From: Basidiobolus meristosporus CBS 931.73
Taxonomy: Eukaryota > Fungi > Basidiobolomycota
Assembly (NCBI GenBank): GCA_002104905.1
Contig: MCFE01000705.1
Location: 1-43,707, forward strand
DNA: 43,707 bases
Direction: 5' to 3'
Shown here: positions 9,767 through 20,144 of the stretch, in pieces
How the letters are laid out: every line of letters begins with the position of its first letter
Numbering within the stretch: position 1 is the stretch's first letter
Notes under the pieces: generated by a model
What the model was told of the DNA's origin: nothing
Seen by the model: the letters and a program-made list of their open reading frames with translations, nothing else
The model's database searches: none
Position numbers and translations under genes: made by a program

Positions 9767-10660
9767 ATGGCCAACACCTCCAATGCCTACCTAAAGAAGC
9801 AAGCCTACGGCAAGACCAAGGTTCGCATCACCAAGGTCATCCGCCACACCAAGAACTGGCATGATGTTGTCGAGCTCACTGCTCAAGTCCTCCTCGATGG
9901 CAAGTTCGAGACCTCCTACACCGAGGCTGACAACTCTGTTGTTGTCCCAACTGACACTGTCAAGAACACCCTCTACGTCCTTGCCAAGAAGTCTGCGAAT
10001 GTCCAGACCATCGAGCGCTTTGGTTACGAGATTGGCCAACACTTCATCAACAGATACTCCCACGTCGATGATGTCTTCATCAAGCTCATCCAACACCGCT
10101 GGACCCGTGTTGAGATCGATGGCCAACTCCACCCTCACTCCTTCCTCCGTGATGGCGATGAGACTAGACGTGTCGAGATGACAGTCTCTCGGGATGGAAA
10201 GGTGTCCATTGAGTCTCGCCTCAAGGATCTCCTTGTGTTGAAGTCCACTGGTTCTGCCTTCACCAACTTCCACCGCTGCGAGTACACTACCCTTCAAGAC
10301 GCCACTGACCGAATCTTCTCCACTAGTGTCGATGCCAAGTGGACCTACAACCTCGAGAAGTCCAAGATCGAAGAGATTCCATTCGACGAGATTGCCAACA
10401 GTGTTCGTGAGATCACCCTCAGCACCTTTGCCACTGACGACTCCGCCTCGGTGCAAGCCACCATGTACCAGATGGGTGAGAAGGTGTTGGTTCAGAATGT
10501 GGATGTTCGCGAGATCAGCTATGCACTCCCGAACAAGCACTACCTCAGTATCAACCTGAAACCCTTCAACCTTCCCAACGAAGGCAAGGACATGAACATT
10601 TTCCAACCCATTAGTGACCCCTCTGGCTACATTACCGCTACTATTGCACGTGGGCAATAA
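9767..10660 (+). CDS. uox: Urate oxidase (uricase) B, 297 aa from the ATG at 9767
   Basis: YGKTKVR, VPTDTVKNT, VLKSTGSAF, DRIFST, SASVQATMY, LPNKHY. Context cacaaaATGG. TATATAA at 9701. AATAAA ~50 nt after the stop. Confidence 0.95.
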   Translation: MANTSNAYLKKQAYGKTKVRITKVIRHTKNWHDVVELTAQVLLDGKFETSYTEADNSVVVPTDTVKNTLYVLAKKSANVQTIERFGYEIGQHFINRYSHVDDVFIKLIQHRWTRVEIDGQLHPHSFLRDGDETRRVEMTVSRDGKVSIESRLKDLLVLKSTGSAFTNFHRCEYTTLQDATDRIFSTSVDAKWTYNLEKSKIEEIPFDEIANSVREITLSTFATDDSASVQATMYQMGEKVLVQNVDVREISYALPNKHYLSINLKPFNLPNEGKDMNIFQPISDPSGYITATIARGQ

Positions 10661-11690
10661 TTTTACTGCTCATTCATCGTACCAAATCTCTCATGCATAA
10701 TTTGGATACCGAATAAATCCCATTTATATATACTATAACTATACCACCAAACCTCGGCTCCAAGTAACGGGAGCCTGAGCGACCTACCTCCGTGGTATAG
10801 AAATGCGTCGGCGATTCTCCACGGCGGCCTGTTCCTTCATTTGGGTTTTCGAAATTGGTACTAATTCACCTCGATTGCGGACTTACTCCAAATGAAATGG
10901 TGGAAATTCATCCAAAGCTGGCCTGAATATCCATCAATCGCTATACACCCACTCATCACCGATGGAGCGGCCGCCAGCTTGGAGTTTTAACCAAGCATCC
11001 TTCTATTAGGTGACTGCACTCTCAACTTCATGATGCTCTTCAGGCTTTGTTTCCACACCAGTATCAACCAGCACCTGGAAACGTAACCTCTTGGCATTCA
11101 AGTTCCACCCTATCTTTACAGTCTAGCATCCTCAAAATCGCCCCCATTAGCCCTAGATCTACCTCCAACACCCTTCACACGATCGTCGAATTAAGCATGG
11201 ATCATCCTCAGCCATACGAGTCGGATGGATCCGAGTGGTTGAGATTTCGGCTTTTATGGAACCGGTATCTTACCAACTGAGAATCAGGTCAACCGTTTGC
11301 TTGGACTTTCCACCGGGGTCCCATGCATGCACCGATATGGCTGAAATTGATTGACCCCCAGTTCGCACCAGTGCGTACACAGAGCTGGTTAGCTCATTCA
11401 GCGGTGCGACGTTCGGTCGAGCTTAGGTGAGGATACGTGAGGTCCTCATTCGTGGACCCTTAGTTGGGAACTGGAGATATGATCCACAAGCCTGATTAAG
11501 TGAGGATCTACGTGAACGTGAGCCACCATTGGCGGAGATGTGAGATGGTTATTGACGAAAATCTTCGCTCCCAAGAGGAAGTTGACAAGCGAGAGGAGTA
11601 TAAAAGAATCAAGCGCACCATCATCAACGGCAAGTGATCTGCGCTCTCGATCTTGACCGACCACCAGACAGACCCTCTTCCCTTACCCAG

Positions 11691-11942
11691 ATGAAACTTC
11701 TCACCCTCGTTGGACTTTTCGGCGTCGCCAACGCCGGCACCGCCTACTACTGGTGCTCCAAAACCCGCAACTCCTGCAACGCTGGCATCGATCCCGTCAA
11801 CACCGAATACTGCGCGGTCACCGTCCTCAACCGCGGGGTTACCCAATGGGGAGCCCTCGCCGACTGGAGCCAGTCCACCTTCAACAAGTTCCAATCCTGT
11901 TGCCACAGTGGCAACAAGGGCGGCTGCTACAGCAAGAACTAA
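11691..11942 (+). CDS. Small secreted cysteine-rich protein (83 aa, 6 Cys), effector/toxin-like
   Basis: Signal-like MKLLTLVGLFGVANA. Cys at 22, 29, 41, 70, 71, 79. C-ending codon bias like the uricases. TATAAAAG at 11599. AATAAA at ~11988. Confidence 0.75.
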   Translation: MKLLTLVGLFGVANAGTAYYWCSKTRNSCNAGIDPVNTEYCAVTVLNRGVTQWGALADWSQSTFNKFQSCCHSGNKGGCYSKN

Positions 11943-12801
11943 GCATTCCCACCGCCTCGAATAGACTCCGATCCCTCCTGGTGTTGGAAATAAACTCCCC
12001 TTCGCCTCGTCTAAATCTGCACTTTAGGTTGATTTTGAATGACATGGATCATTTCCGCTGGGGTGCGTCGGGTTCGTGAACCATGTGGATATTCTAATGG
12101 AAGCCAGCAATCGAATGGTCAAGAACTGATGCAGCTTCCTGTGTATTTACTTGTATAAGAAGGCTTCTTTCGGAGGTAAATGGTCGATTGTAGGAGGTGG
12201 AAACCATGAAGTCCGGCAGAGTGTGGACCTAGTTGGGATAAATAGAGCTGAACTATGTGTGATTAGTGAAGTAGCGCTGTGGAAGAAGTACTCTTTGATT
12301 CGGACAATGACATGGAGATTCATGTGGTAATCGAACCAAGAATTCCCCGAGTACCCATGAAAATGTTGACAAGTGGGGTGTGTGCGGACTTCCATACCAT
12401 GAGTGTTGCCCGTTTTAGATGTATTCTCACTCCACCCCACTGTCCACATAACTTGAAATGGCTGATCATACTTTCATGTACACGTTCGGCTGAAGTGTGT
12501 GTCTGAACCATCAAATACCCATGCAGCCCAGAGCATTCCCAACCTATCTCTTAACACGGAGACTTCCGGTGAGAAGTTGAGTCATCTCATGACTGCAAAT
12601 TCAACAACTTTGGATGTGACTAGGGTTGGCCCATTCGGCTTCTAGCTTGCCATTCATCTGAGTGCATAACAAGAGCAATAACGGGTTGTCCACCAGTTCA
12701 TATGGTGTCATATTTGAAGACGTTGAGTGAAGTGTCACTCTGCTGCGCTTGGGGCAAAAGGCTGTTTTACCTCACATTGATAGGAATAAATAAATAAAAA
12801 G

Positions 12802-12874
12802 CAACCAAGCCAGGGGTCGAACCTGGGACCTTCCGCTTAGGAGGCGGACGCTCTATCCACTGAGCTACGAGGCC
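12802..12874 (-). tRNA. tRNA-Arg(CCT), possibly a pseudogene (acceptor-stem mismatches)
   Basis: 73 nt: GGCCTCG TA GCTC AGTGGATA GAGC G TCCGC CTCCTAA GCGGA AGGTC CCAGG TTCGACC CCTGG CTTGGTT G. D, anticodon and T stems pair perfectly. A T-run Pol III terminator follows. The acceptor stem has 2 G-T pairs and 2 mismatches. Confidence 0.8.
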
Positions 12875-14450
12875 GAATTTAACTGTTACAGAGTAAAGAG
12901 TCAGTCGATGTTAAGTGATATCAACGCATACAAAGACGACTTAGTAGCCAGGGAAAAGCAAATCCAAGACAAATCACCAGACTCACAATAAGGTATAAAT
13001 ACCAAACAAGCAACTAAATAAAAAGGGAGTTTTTGGTTATAGGCAGAAGAGCGTAGTAGGAACGAATATTAGCTTGAATATATTTCTACAAAGTCACCAC
13101 CCTAACCTTTTAAAGAGATATTCTTACACTACCCCGTCGAATCTACAAGATAACATACACGTTATCCCTTTTTGTACTCTCTAAAGGACATTACTCTTTA
13201 AGTACGTAACATAACAATGTTAAAATAGTCTGAGACCTGACCTGTGCGTACTTAGTATCTATGACAAAGGTTTAAATTGATGAAGAAGTAACTTGCAATA
13301 AAGACAGGCCTCTTTCGGATATTTGACGCATCGGAATACAATACAATTTTACAGAGTCAAATAGGCCTAGTATCTCGTGCCGATCATTCACATCGGAGAA
13401 ATATCAACTGATGTCAATCCTGCAGGATATTTGGTCATTATTCAGAAACCAATCTATCGCTAACCCCCACCAGATTCCCAAGAGATTGTTGTTTAGTCGC
13501 GGCTTCCGTTTACGAACTGTACGAAAATCATCCCGATAGAGCTATCTTTTTTTTTTCCTCATTTTCTTAAATCTACCCGCAGGGAACGTGATTTTTTTCA
13601 GCCAGTCAGCCAATGGATAGGTCGGATTAGGAGTTCTCAACAATTCCCCCCCCCCCCTGCTACGTATCCCACAATATCAACAGCGGTCTGGTTGACTTTA
13701 AATACGGTCCAGGCGTCTTCGTGACACTTCAATTCTCAGTAGGAAACTTTTACCTGTTATTTTATAAATAACATATAGTTTTCTTTATGATGTAATTGGG
13801 GATCATTACTCACTAATGATTAATACCACCCAGGCTCACCCGGATTGCAACCCGGGTTGGGTCGATTGCTGACCTGAGAACTCAACAATACTTTTAAAAA
13901 TCAAAAATTTCAACAACTGTGTTTAATACTCGGGATTTATGGGTTGTTCAGGAGTAACACGAATCCTCGTTTGAAGGGAAAATAGTGTGGGCAATGTTCC
14001 CCACACTGGATGAAATATGTTCAAGTCATTGTTGTCGGGAGTTGCTTTCATAGTAAATGTACTCAGACGATTGGGTTCCACGCAAACAATTTCGCCTAGT
14101 TGCGCATTTTTCAAAACTACTGGGTCGAGTGTCAAAAGGAGCCGCATTCAAGAAATAGTCAGGCTGGCGCTCGTTACTAGCAGATTATCATATACTTTTC
14201 CTAGACAGGAGTTCCCTATATTACAGATAGCCCATAATCTACTGTGTAACCATAGAGAAGGCCTAGAGAGCTGCTTAAAGGAGCTGCACCATCATTCGCA
14301 TGCGTGATTTTAGCTATTGCAACGGCCTACCAATCGTCCATAGGTGATGATAAATGAAAGTGGCACAATTCACGTGAGGAAGTGATGGACAATTGGACCG
14401 ATCACGAGGCATTGGTGGATACAGTAAGAAAGATCGGTCCGATTGAGAAA

Positions 14451-15099
14451 GTGAATTTATAAAAAGCAGGAATCGGCCTTGGTACCTGCATACTCTATCA
14501 TCATTAAACATTCCAACATGGCTTCCCAACAAACCGTCAAGGTCTGCTGCTGTGGCGAGAACTGCCAGTGCGAGCAATGCCAATGCCAAAAGGCCGAAGT
14601 GAAGGCCACCTGCTCTTGCAAGGACAACTGCACCTGCGAGAAGTGCGAGTGCGCCAAGGCCGTTGAAGTGCCACCCTGCGAGTGCAAGGGCGGTTGCAAG
14701 TGCGTCAACTGCCAAGGCAAGAAGCAACCCGGATGCAACTGTGGCGAGGGGTGCAAGTGCGGCTCCGCCTGTAAATGCGGCGAGGCCAAGAAGAGCAAGT
14801 GCTGCTGCGGGGACGACTGCAAGTGCGAGTCGTGCGAAGGCCAAAGTGGCAAGTGCTGCTGTGGTGACAACTGCAAGTGCACCAAATGCCCCACCCATTA
14901 AATGCGCATTACAATGTATATCTCCAAAGTAACCCTCTACACTTGTACTATTTCATTCCACACCAATAAATTCTACTTCGCAATCATAGTATTTGACGTT
15001 TTCCTGTGTTCGCTAGGCCAGAGTGTTTGGCTTTTTCATGTTCCATCGAGTTGTTCGATTGTGAATTGGTTTTGAATCCAGTGACATACAAAACGATGC
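14451..15099 (+). repeat. Segmental duplicate (MT1 plus flanks) of 23231-23879
   Basis: Colinear at constant offset 8780 from gtgaat through aaacgatgc. CDS differs at 6 of 384 nt. Weaker homology continues to ~15340 / ~24140. Confidence 0.85.
14518..14901 (+). CDS. Metallothionein-like MT1, 127 aa, 36 Cys, six modules
   Basis: MASQQTVKVCCCGENCQCEQCQC...CCCGDNCKCTKCPTH, no aromatic residues. TATAAAAA 60 bp upstream of the ATG. AATAAA downstream. Confidence 0.9.
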   Translation: MASQQTVKVCCCGENCQCEQCQCQKAEVKATCSCKDNCTCEKCECAKAVEVPPCECKGGCKCVNCQGKKQPGCNCGEGCKCGSACKCGEAKKSKCCCGDDCKCESCEGQSGKCCCGDNCKCTKCPTH

Positions 15100-15328
15100 G
15101 TTTCATACATATTGTGTCGGTTTAATGCACTATGACTGAACATATTATCTGCTACCAGGAAGTAAAGGGGACAAGGTTCGGTAACTGAGGCGTAGAAGAA
15201 AATTTCAATAACAATAGGGCTTCAATGGCGAAGAGCAGGTTTGGAACTAATTTATTATGACAAACACTTCCAAGGAAATTTACAAGGTACAATGGCGGAA
15301 GTAATGAGGGTTAAGTCTTTCTATTGAA

Positions 15329-15502
15329 TTAGTGAGTAGGGCGCTTGGTGCACTTGTTCTTCTTGGCCTCGCCGCATTTACAGGCGGAGCCGCACTTGCA
15401 CCCCTCGCCACAGTTGCATCCGGATTGCTTCTTGCCTTGGCAGTTGACGCACTGGCAGTTCTCGCCACAGCAGTAGATCTTGACGATTTGTCGGGAAGCC
15501 AT
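15329..15502 (-). CDS. MT2, internally deleted MT (57 aa, 12 Cys); intact ORF or pseudogene
   Basis: MASRQIVKIYCCGENCQC|VNCQGKKQSGCNCGEGCKCGSACKCGEAKKNKC|TKRPTH with two in-frame deletions. TATAAAAA 60 bp upstream (15555-15562). Confidence 0.7.
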   Translation of the reverse strand: MASRQIVKIYCCGENCQCVNCQGKKQSGCNCGEGCKCGSACKCGEAKKNKCTKRPTH

Positions 15503-15586
15503 GTTGGAATGTTTAATGATGATAGGATATGCAGGTACCAAGGCCGATTCCTGCTTTTTATAAATTCAATTTCTCAACCGGACCGA

Positions 15587-15766
15587 TCAACCGTCCTTGC
15601 ACTCGCAAGGCGGTGCCTCCGCGGTCCTGGCGCACCCACATTTCTCGCAGGTGCAGTTATCTTTACAAGGGCATGTGACTTTCACTTCGACCCTTTGGCA
15701 TTGGCATTGTTCGTATTGACAATTGTCGCCACAGCAACGGATCATGGCGGTTTGTTGGGAAGTCAT
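15587..15766 (-). pseudogene. MT3, 3'-truncated MT (59 codons, 13 Cys) fused to the MT2 promoter
   Basis: MTSQQTAMIRCCGDNCQYEQC...PPCECKDG*. The stop is created at the junction with MT2 upstream sequence. TATAAATA 60 bp upstream. Confidence 0.7.
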
Positions 15767-16598
15767 GTTGGAATGTTTAGTGGTGACAGAGTATGCAGGT
15801 GCCAAGGCCGATTCCTGCTATTTATAAATTCACTTTCCACTCCGGACCAACGGATCACCCATACCTCCTAATAGCGTAAATCATACCGTACCACTTAACC
15901 AGCCTGGTTACCTCCGCGCCAGTACGCTTTGTATCGATTCCTACGGAACTAGATGACCCGAAAACCAAATGGGCGATAGTGGTAAATATACTTTCACTAA
16001 TTTCGAATGAATCCTGTGTGGTGACTGGAATGCGATATGATCTATATGCAACTCATCGGACTTTCCTTACGAATGAAGCTGCCAACACATGCCGGTTGTA
16101 CTCAACACACCCTGCGAAGTCAAACTCTTCAGGTTACGCAATGATTCAAAAAGGTGATTAGGTGTCGAATCAAACCACCTCCCAGAAATGTACATCACAG
16201 ATCGGCTGGCTTCCACTCTAGGCACTACTTCACACGCTTCTCCGATCATATTCTGGATCCGGCTTTTGGCTTTACTTTCGATGCGGATCAAACATGATTC
16301 TACTACTCGAAGCCTCGTATACTGTGTAACACTCGATAAGCTTAGGGATTCATCCGTTGCGTTATTTTAGCTATTGGGGGAGATTCACATATCGTCAGTT
16401 TGTAGCATTGTGGAGAATTATTCGTGAAGAACCGCGTTTGTCACTAAGAGGAGAGCGATTGGGCCGGCCTTGATCGGAGGCGCGATATACGCCATTGGTC
16501 AGCATGAATGTCCGTTGGTGCGGGTGAGTATGTGAAAGCATATAAAAAGCAGGAATCGGCCTTGGTACATGCATACTCTTCTGAATAAACACCGCAAC

Positions 16599-16950
16599 AT
16601 GGCCTCCCAACAAACCGCCATGATCCGTTGCTGTGGCAACAATTGTCAATACGAACAATGCCAATGCCAATGCCAAAGGGTCGAAGTGAAAGTCACATGC
16701 CCTTGTAAAGATAACTGCACCTGCAAGAAATGTGAGTGCGCCAGGACCGCGGAGGCACCGCCTTGCGAGTGCAAGGACGGTTGCAAGTGCATCAACTGCT
16801 AGGGGAAAGCAATCCAGCTGAAAATGCGACGAGATCAAGAAGAATAAGTGTTGTTGCGGGAGCGACCGCGATTGTGAGTCGTGCGAAAGCCATAGTGGTA
16901 CCTGCTGTTGTAACAACATTTGCGAGTGCGCCAAGTGTCCCACCCATTAA
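16599..16950 (+). pseudogene. MT4: open 67-aa, 17-Cys ORF (16599-16802) followed by a decayed 3' half
   Basis: CAG>TAG at 16800. The downstream homology has a frameshift and a TGA but ends in CCC ACC CAT TAA at 16950. TATAAAAA at 16541. Confidence 0.7.
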
Positions 16951-17402
16951 TCACTCACCGTGCGGTATATCTCCATAAGATATCTTCCAAGCTTGTGCTT
17001 TGAAATTCCAAATAAATCAATTCCGCTGGACTATCATCGTTATTGCGTTATTGGTTTATTCTTTATTCCTGTAGGTTGGGTCTCCACTTGGATGGGTGAA
17101 AATCACTTATTTCGGAGTTCATTGAGGAAACTTGTGATAAGCAACGTGAAGTTCCCCATAATCTACAATCCGACATTCTTCCGCAGTGCATTGGGCATGA
17201 GGCAGAGATTCTCTCTGAATGTTGTGCAGAATATGATGAACTCAAGGTTCTGTGACTAAGATCTACAAGCACGCAATAGTGGGAACCATTGATAGTGTGG
17301 GGAAAGAAGGGGCAAAGGGTAGATTTGTAGCCAATTTATTATACCATATAGTTCGAGAATATTTACAAGATATGATGGGAGTGTATGCAGGGTTAGGCTT
17401 TT

Positions 17403-17534
17403 CTAATATTTGTGGGCAGCGCACTTGATGCACTGGTTGCTCTGGCCTTCGCCTTCGCCTCCACCCCCACCTTTGAGCATTGGAAACGTTCGTCACACCA
17501 ACAATTCCTGACTGTTTTTTTTTTGGGAAGCCAT
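17403..17534 (-). pseudogene. MT5, heavily decayed MT remnant
   Basis: TATAAAAAGCAGGA 60 bp upstream of ATGGCTTCCCAA. A poly-A run causes a frameshift. Ends TGC ATC AAG TGC GCT GCC CAC AAA TAT TAG. 3' flank resembles those of MT2/MT12. Confidence 0.7.
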
Positions 17535-17734
17535 ATTGAATAGTTTGTGAAGAACTGAGCATGCACGCATCAAGACCGAATCCTGCTTTTTATACAATCA
17601 CCCTCCCAGCTGGAACAACACATCTCACAGCATCCTCTAATGGCGTAAATCTCGCATAAACTCATCAACAGTCCAATTGATCTTCTTGTGGCCATAGCAG
17701 GCCAAACATGCTATATTCCTCAAAGACAATAACT

Positions 17735-18137
17735 CCCTATCTGACCGTTGCATCATACCTGCTTGTAACCTAACTTATGGTATGCATTAAACGTCCATCT
17801 ACCACTCGCAGTAAAGCCGCGTCCATTGGGTTACTATGGAAAAGTCCAGAAATTTGCCTAAAGGAGATGCTTCATCGATCCAATGCGTGATTTTTGCCGT
17901 TGGGGATGATCACTTACTAATCGTGGATTGAACATGACGAAAAATCAACGCCGATGCTATCATGTGACGAATTTCTCGGAGCAGAGGAGAGCGATTGGAC
18001 CGGCCTTGATCGGAGGCGCGATATACGCCATCGGTCAGCATGGGTGATCCATTGGTGCGGGTGAGCAAGTGAAAGCATATTAAAAGCAGGAATCGGTCTT
18101 GGTACATGCATACTCTATTCTGAATAAACACCGCGAC
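17735..18137 (+). repeat. Near-identical upstream duplicate of 19742-20144 (MT6/MT8 promoters)
   Basis: Colinear at offset 2007 from ccctatctgaccgttg to the ATG, with only scattered substitutions. Confidence 0.85.
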
Positions 18138-18485
18138 ATGGCCTCCCAACAAACCGTCAAGATCTGCTGCTGTGGCGAGAACTGCCAGTGCGAGCAATGC
18201 CAATGCCAAAAGGTCGCAGTGAAGGCCACCTGCTCTTGCAAAGACAACTGCACCTGCGAGAAGTGCAAGTGTACCAAGGCTGTTGAAGTGCCACCCTGCG
18301 AGTGCAAGGGCGATTGCAAGTGCGCCAACTGCCAGGGTAAGAAAAAATCCGGATGCAAATGCAGCGAGGCCAAGAAGAGCAGATGTTGCTGTGGGGACAA
18401 CTGCAAGTGTGAGTCGTCCGAAGGCCAGAGTGGCAAGTGCTGCTGTGATGATAACTGCAAATGCACCAAGTGCCCCACCGATTAG
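18138..18485 (+). CDS. MT6, 115 aa, 31 Cys (short module 4)
   Basis: Open ORF MASQQTVKICCC...KCPTD, lacking the 12-aa CNCGEGCKCGSA-equivalent segment. TATA variant TATTAAAA at 18078. Confidence 0.85.
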   Translation: MASQQTVKICCCGENCQCEQCQCQKVAVKATCSCKDNCTCEKCKCTKAVEVPPCECKGDCKCANCQGKKKSGCKCSEAKKSRCCCGDNCKCESSEGQSGKCCCDDNCKCTKCPTD

Positions 18486-19250
18486 CGGCCCATCAAAATG
18501 CATCTCTCCAAAACAACTCTCCACACTTGTACTATTACCTTCAAAACCAATAAATATTCCTTAGTAACCTGCTGTTTGCTATACTTATCTGTATGATTTT
18601 TTACATATGGTGGGGATTTTTCTGCTCACGGAATCATTTTGAATGATGTAACAAGCCACCCAGTTTTTCCGTAACTACGACCCGGGTTCGTCTGGCAGCA
18701 AAGTGTATGTTTACTGTAGAATCCAAACGAGCTTTTCCAGTTACCTTATACACACGATACCCCTAACAATCGAATTCACTCTAGTCAGGCTACGCACATC
18801 TTGCATAAATTCTAGTGGGTAGTTGTTGAAAGGAACCGCATCCCTGAAGTCAAATGGCCTCCAGGCAAGAGCCTAGTACACGCACTACTCGACATGTTAT
18901 CCCCGGATGAAATTTTTTCTGGCGATCTTTACCTGGAGCCAGCGAGTAACCCTACTAGTTGAGACGACCGAATGTACTACCTCAACTCGCAGTAGAACCT
19001 CACCTAATGCGCAGCCATTATCAGAGAAACGCCTAGAAATTTGATTTAAGGGGTAGCTTCATCGATCGCACGCGATGATTTAGCTATTGAGGTGTATTAC
19101 CTACCAATTATAATTGATCATTAGGTACGGCGAGGTTTACGCCATTGGAGGAATTCGCGAGATGCGTTATTCCGACTTGGAAAACGGTTTTATAAAAAGC
19201 AGGAATCTGGCTTGGTACCTGCATACTCTATCATCAATAAACTACTCAAC

Positions 19251-19580
19251 ATGGCCTCCCAACAAACCATCAAGATCTGCTGCTTTGGCGAGAACTGCCA
19301 GTGCGAGCGATGCCAATACCGAAAGGTCGAAGTGAAGGCCACCTGCTCTTGCAAAGATGACTGTACCAGTGAGAAATGCGAGTGCGCCAAGACCATGGAA
19401 GTACCATCCTGCGAGTGCAAGGGCAGTTGCAAGTGCGTCAGCTGCCAGGGTAAGAAGCAATCTGGATGTAACTGTGGCAAGCAACGCAAGTTCGGCTTCG
19501 CCCGCCAATGCGGTGAGGCCAAGGAGAGCACGGACTGTTGTAGCGATAATTGCAGATGCGCCAAATGCTCCACTCATTAG
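19251..19580 (+). CDS. MT7, 109 aa, 23 Cys, diverged with several Cys substitutions
   Basis: Open ORF. C>F, C>Y, C>S, C>R substitutions relative to MT1 and one C-terminal module missing. TATAAAAA at 19191. Confidence 0.75.
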   Translation: MASQQTIKICCFGENCQCERCQYRKVEVKATCSCKDDCTSEKCECAKTMEVPSCECKGSCKCVSCQGKKQSGCNCGKQRKFGFARQCGEAKESTDCCSDNCRCAKCSTH

Positions 19581-20144
19581 ACGCTCGATTTAATGTATAT
19601 CTCCAGGATAACCCTCGACATTTGTACTATTTCGTTTTGAATTAATAAAGTCCATTTGGTAATCATACATGCTATGTTTTACTCACTCAGTAAACTCATT
19701 TTTTTCAGGTAAATTTGGCGGAGTCATGTCGAAGAATAATCCCCTATCTGACCGTTGCATCATACCTGTTTGTAACCTAACTTTTGGCATGCATTAAACG
19801 TCCATCTACCACTCGCAGTAAAGCCGCGTCCATTGGGTTACTATGGAAAAGTCCAGAGATTTGCCTAAAGGAGATGCTTCATCGATCCAATGCGTGATTT
19901 TTGCCGTTGGGGATGATCACTTACTAATCGTGGATTGAACATGACGAAAAGTCAAAGCCGATGCTATCATGTGACGAATTTCTCGGAGCAGAGGAGAGCG
20001 ATTGGACCGGCCTTGATCGGAGGCGCGATATACGCCATTGGTCAGCATGAGTGATCCATTGGTGCGGGTGAGCAAGTGAAAGCATATAAAAAGCAGGAAT
20101 CGGTCTTAGTACATGCATACTCTATTCTGAATAAACACCGCGAC

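Noticed and set aside
8722-10657. Antisense ORFs over both uricases (8722-9297, 9791-10657)
   Set aside because: Expected from strong C-ending codon bias; they mirror the uricase frame.
10756-10775. GGCTCC-N8-GGAGCC hairpin after uricase B as a terminator
   Set aside because: Eukaryotic context, no U-tract, and an AATAAA signal already lies upstream.
2218-13711. Exact 14-mer TTAAATACGGTCCA at ~2218 and ~13698, plus nearby poly-G/poly-C runs, as a possible MITE
   Set aside because: A few 14-mer matches are expected by chance in 44 kb. Flanks do not align and no TIR or TSD was found.
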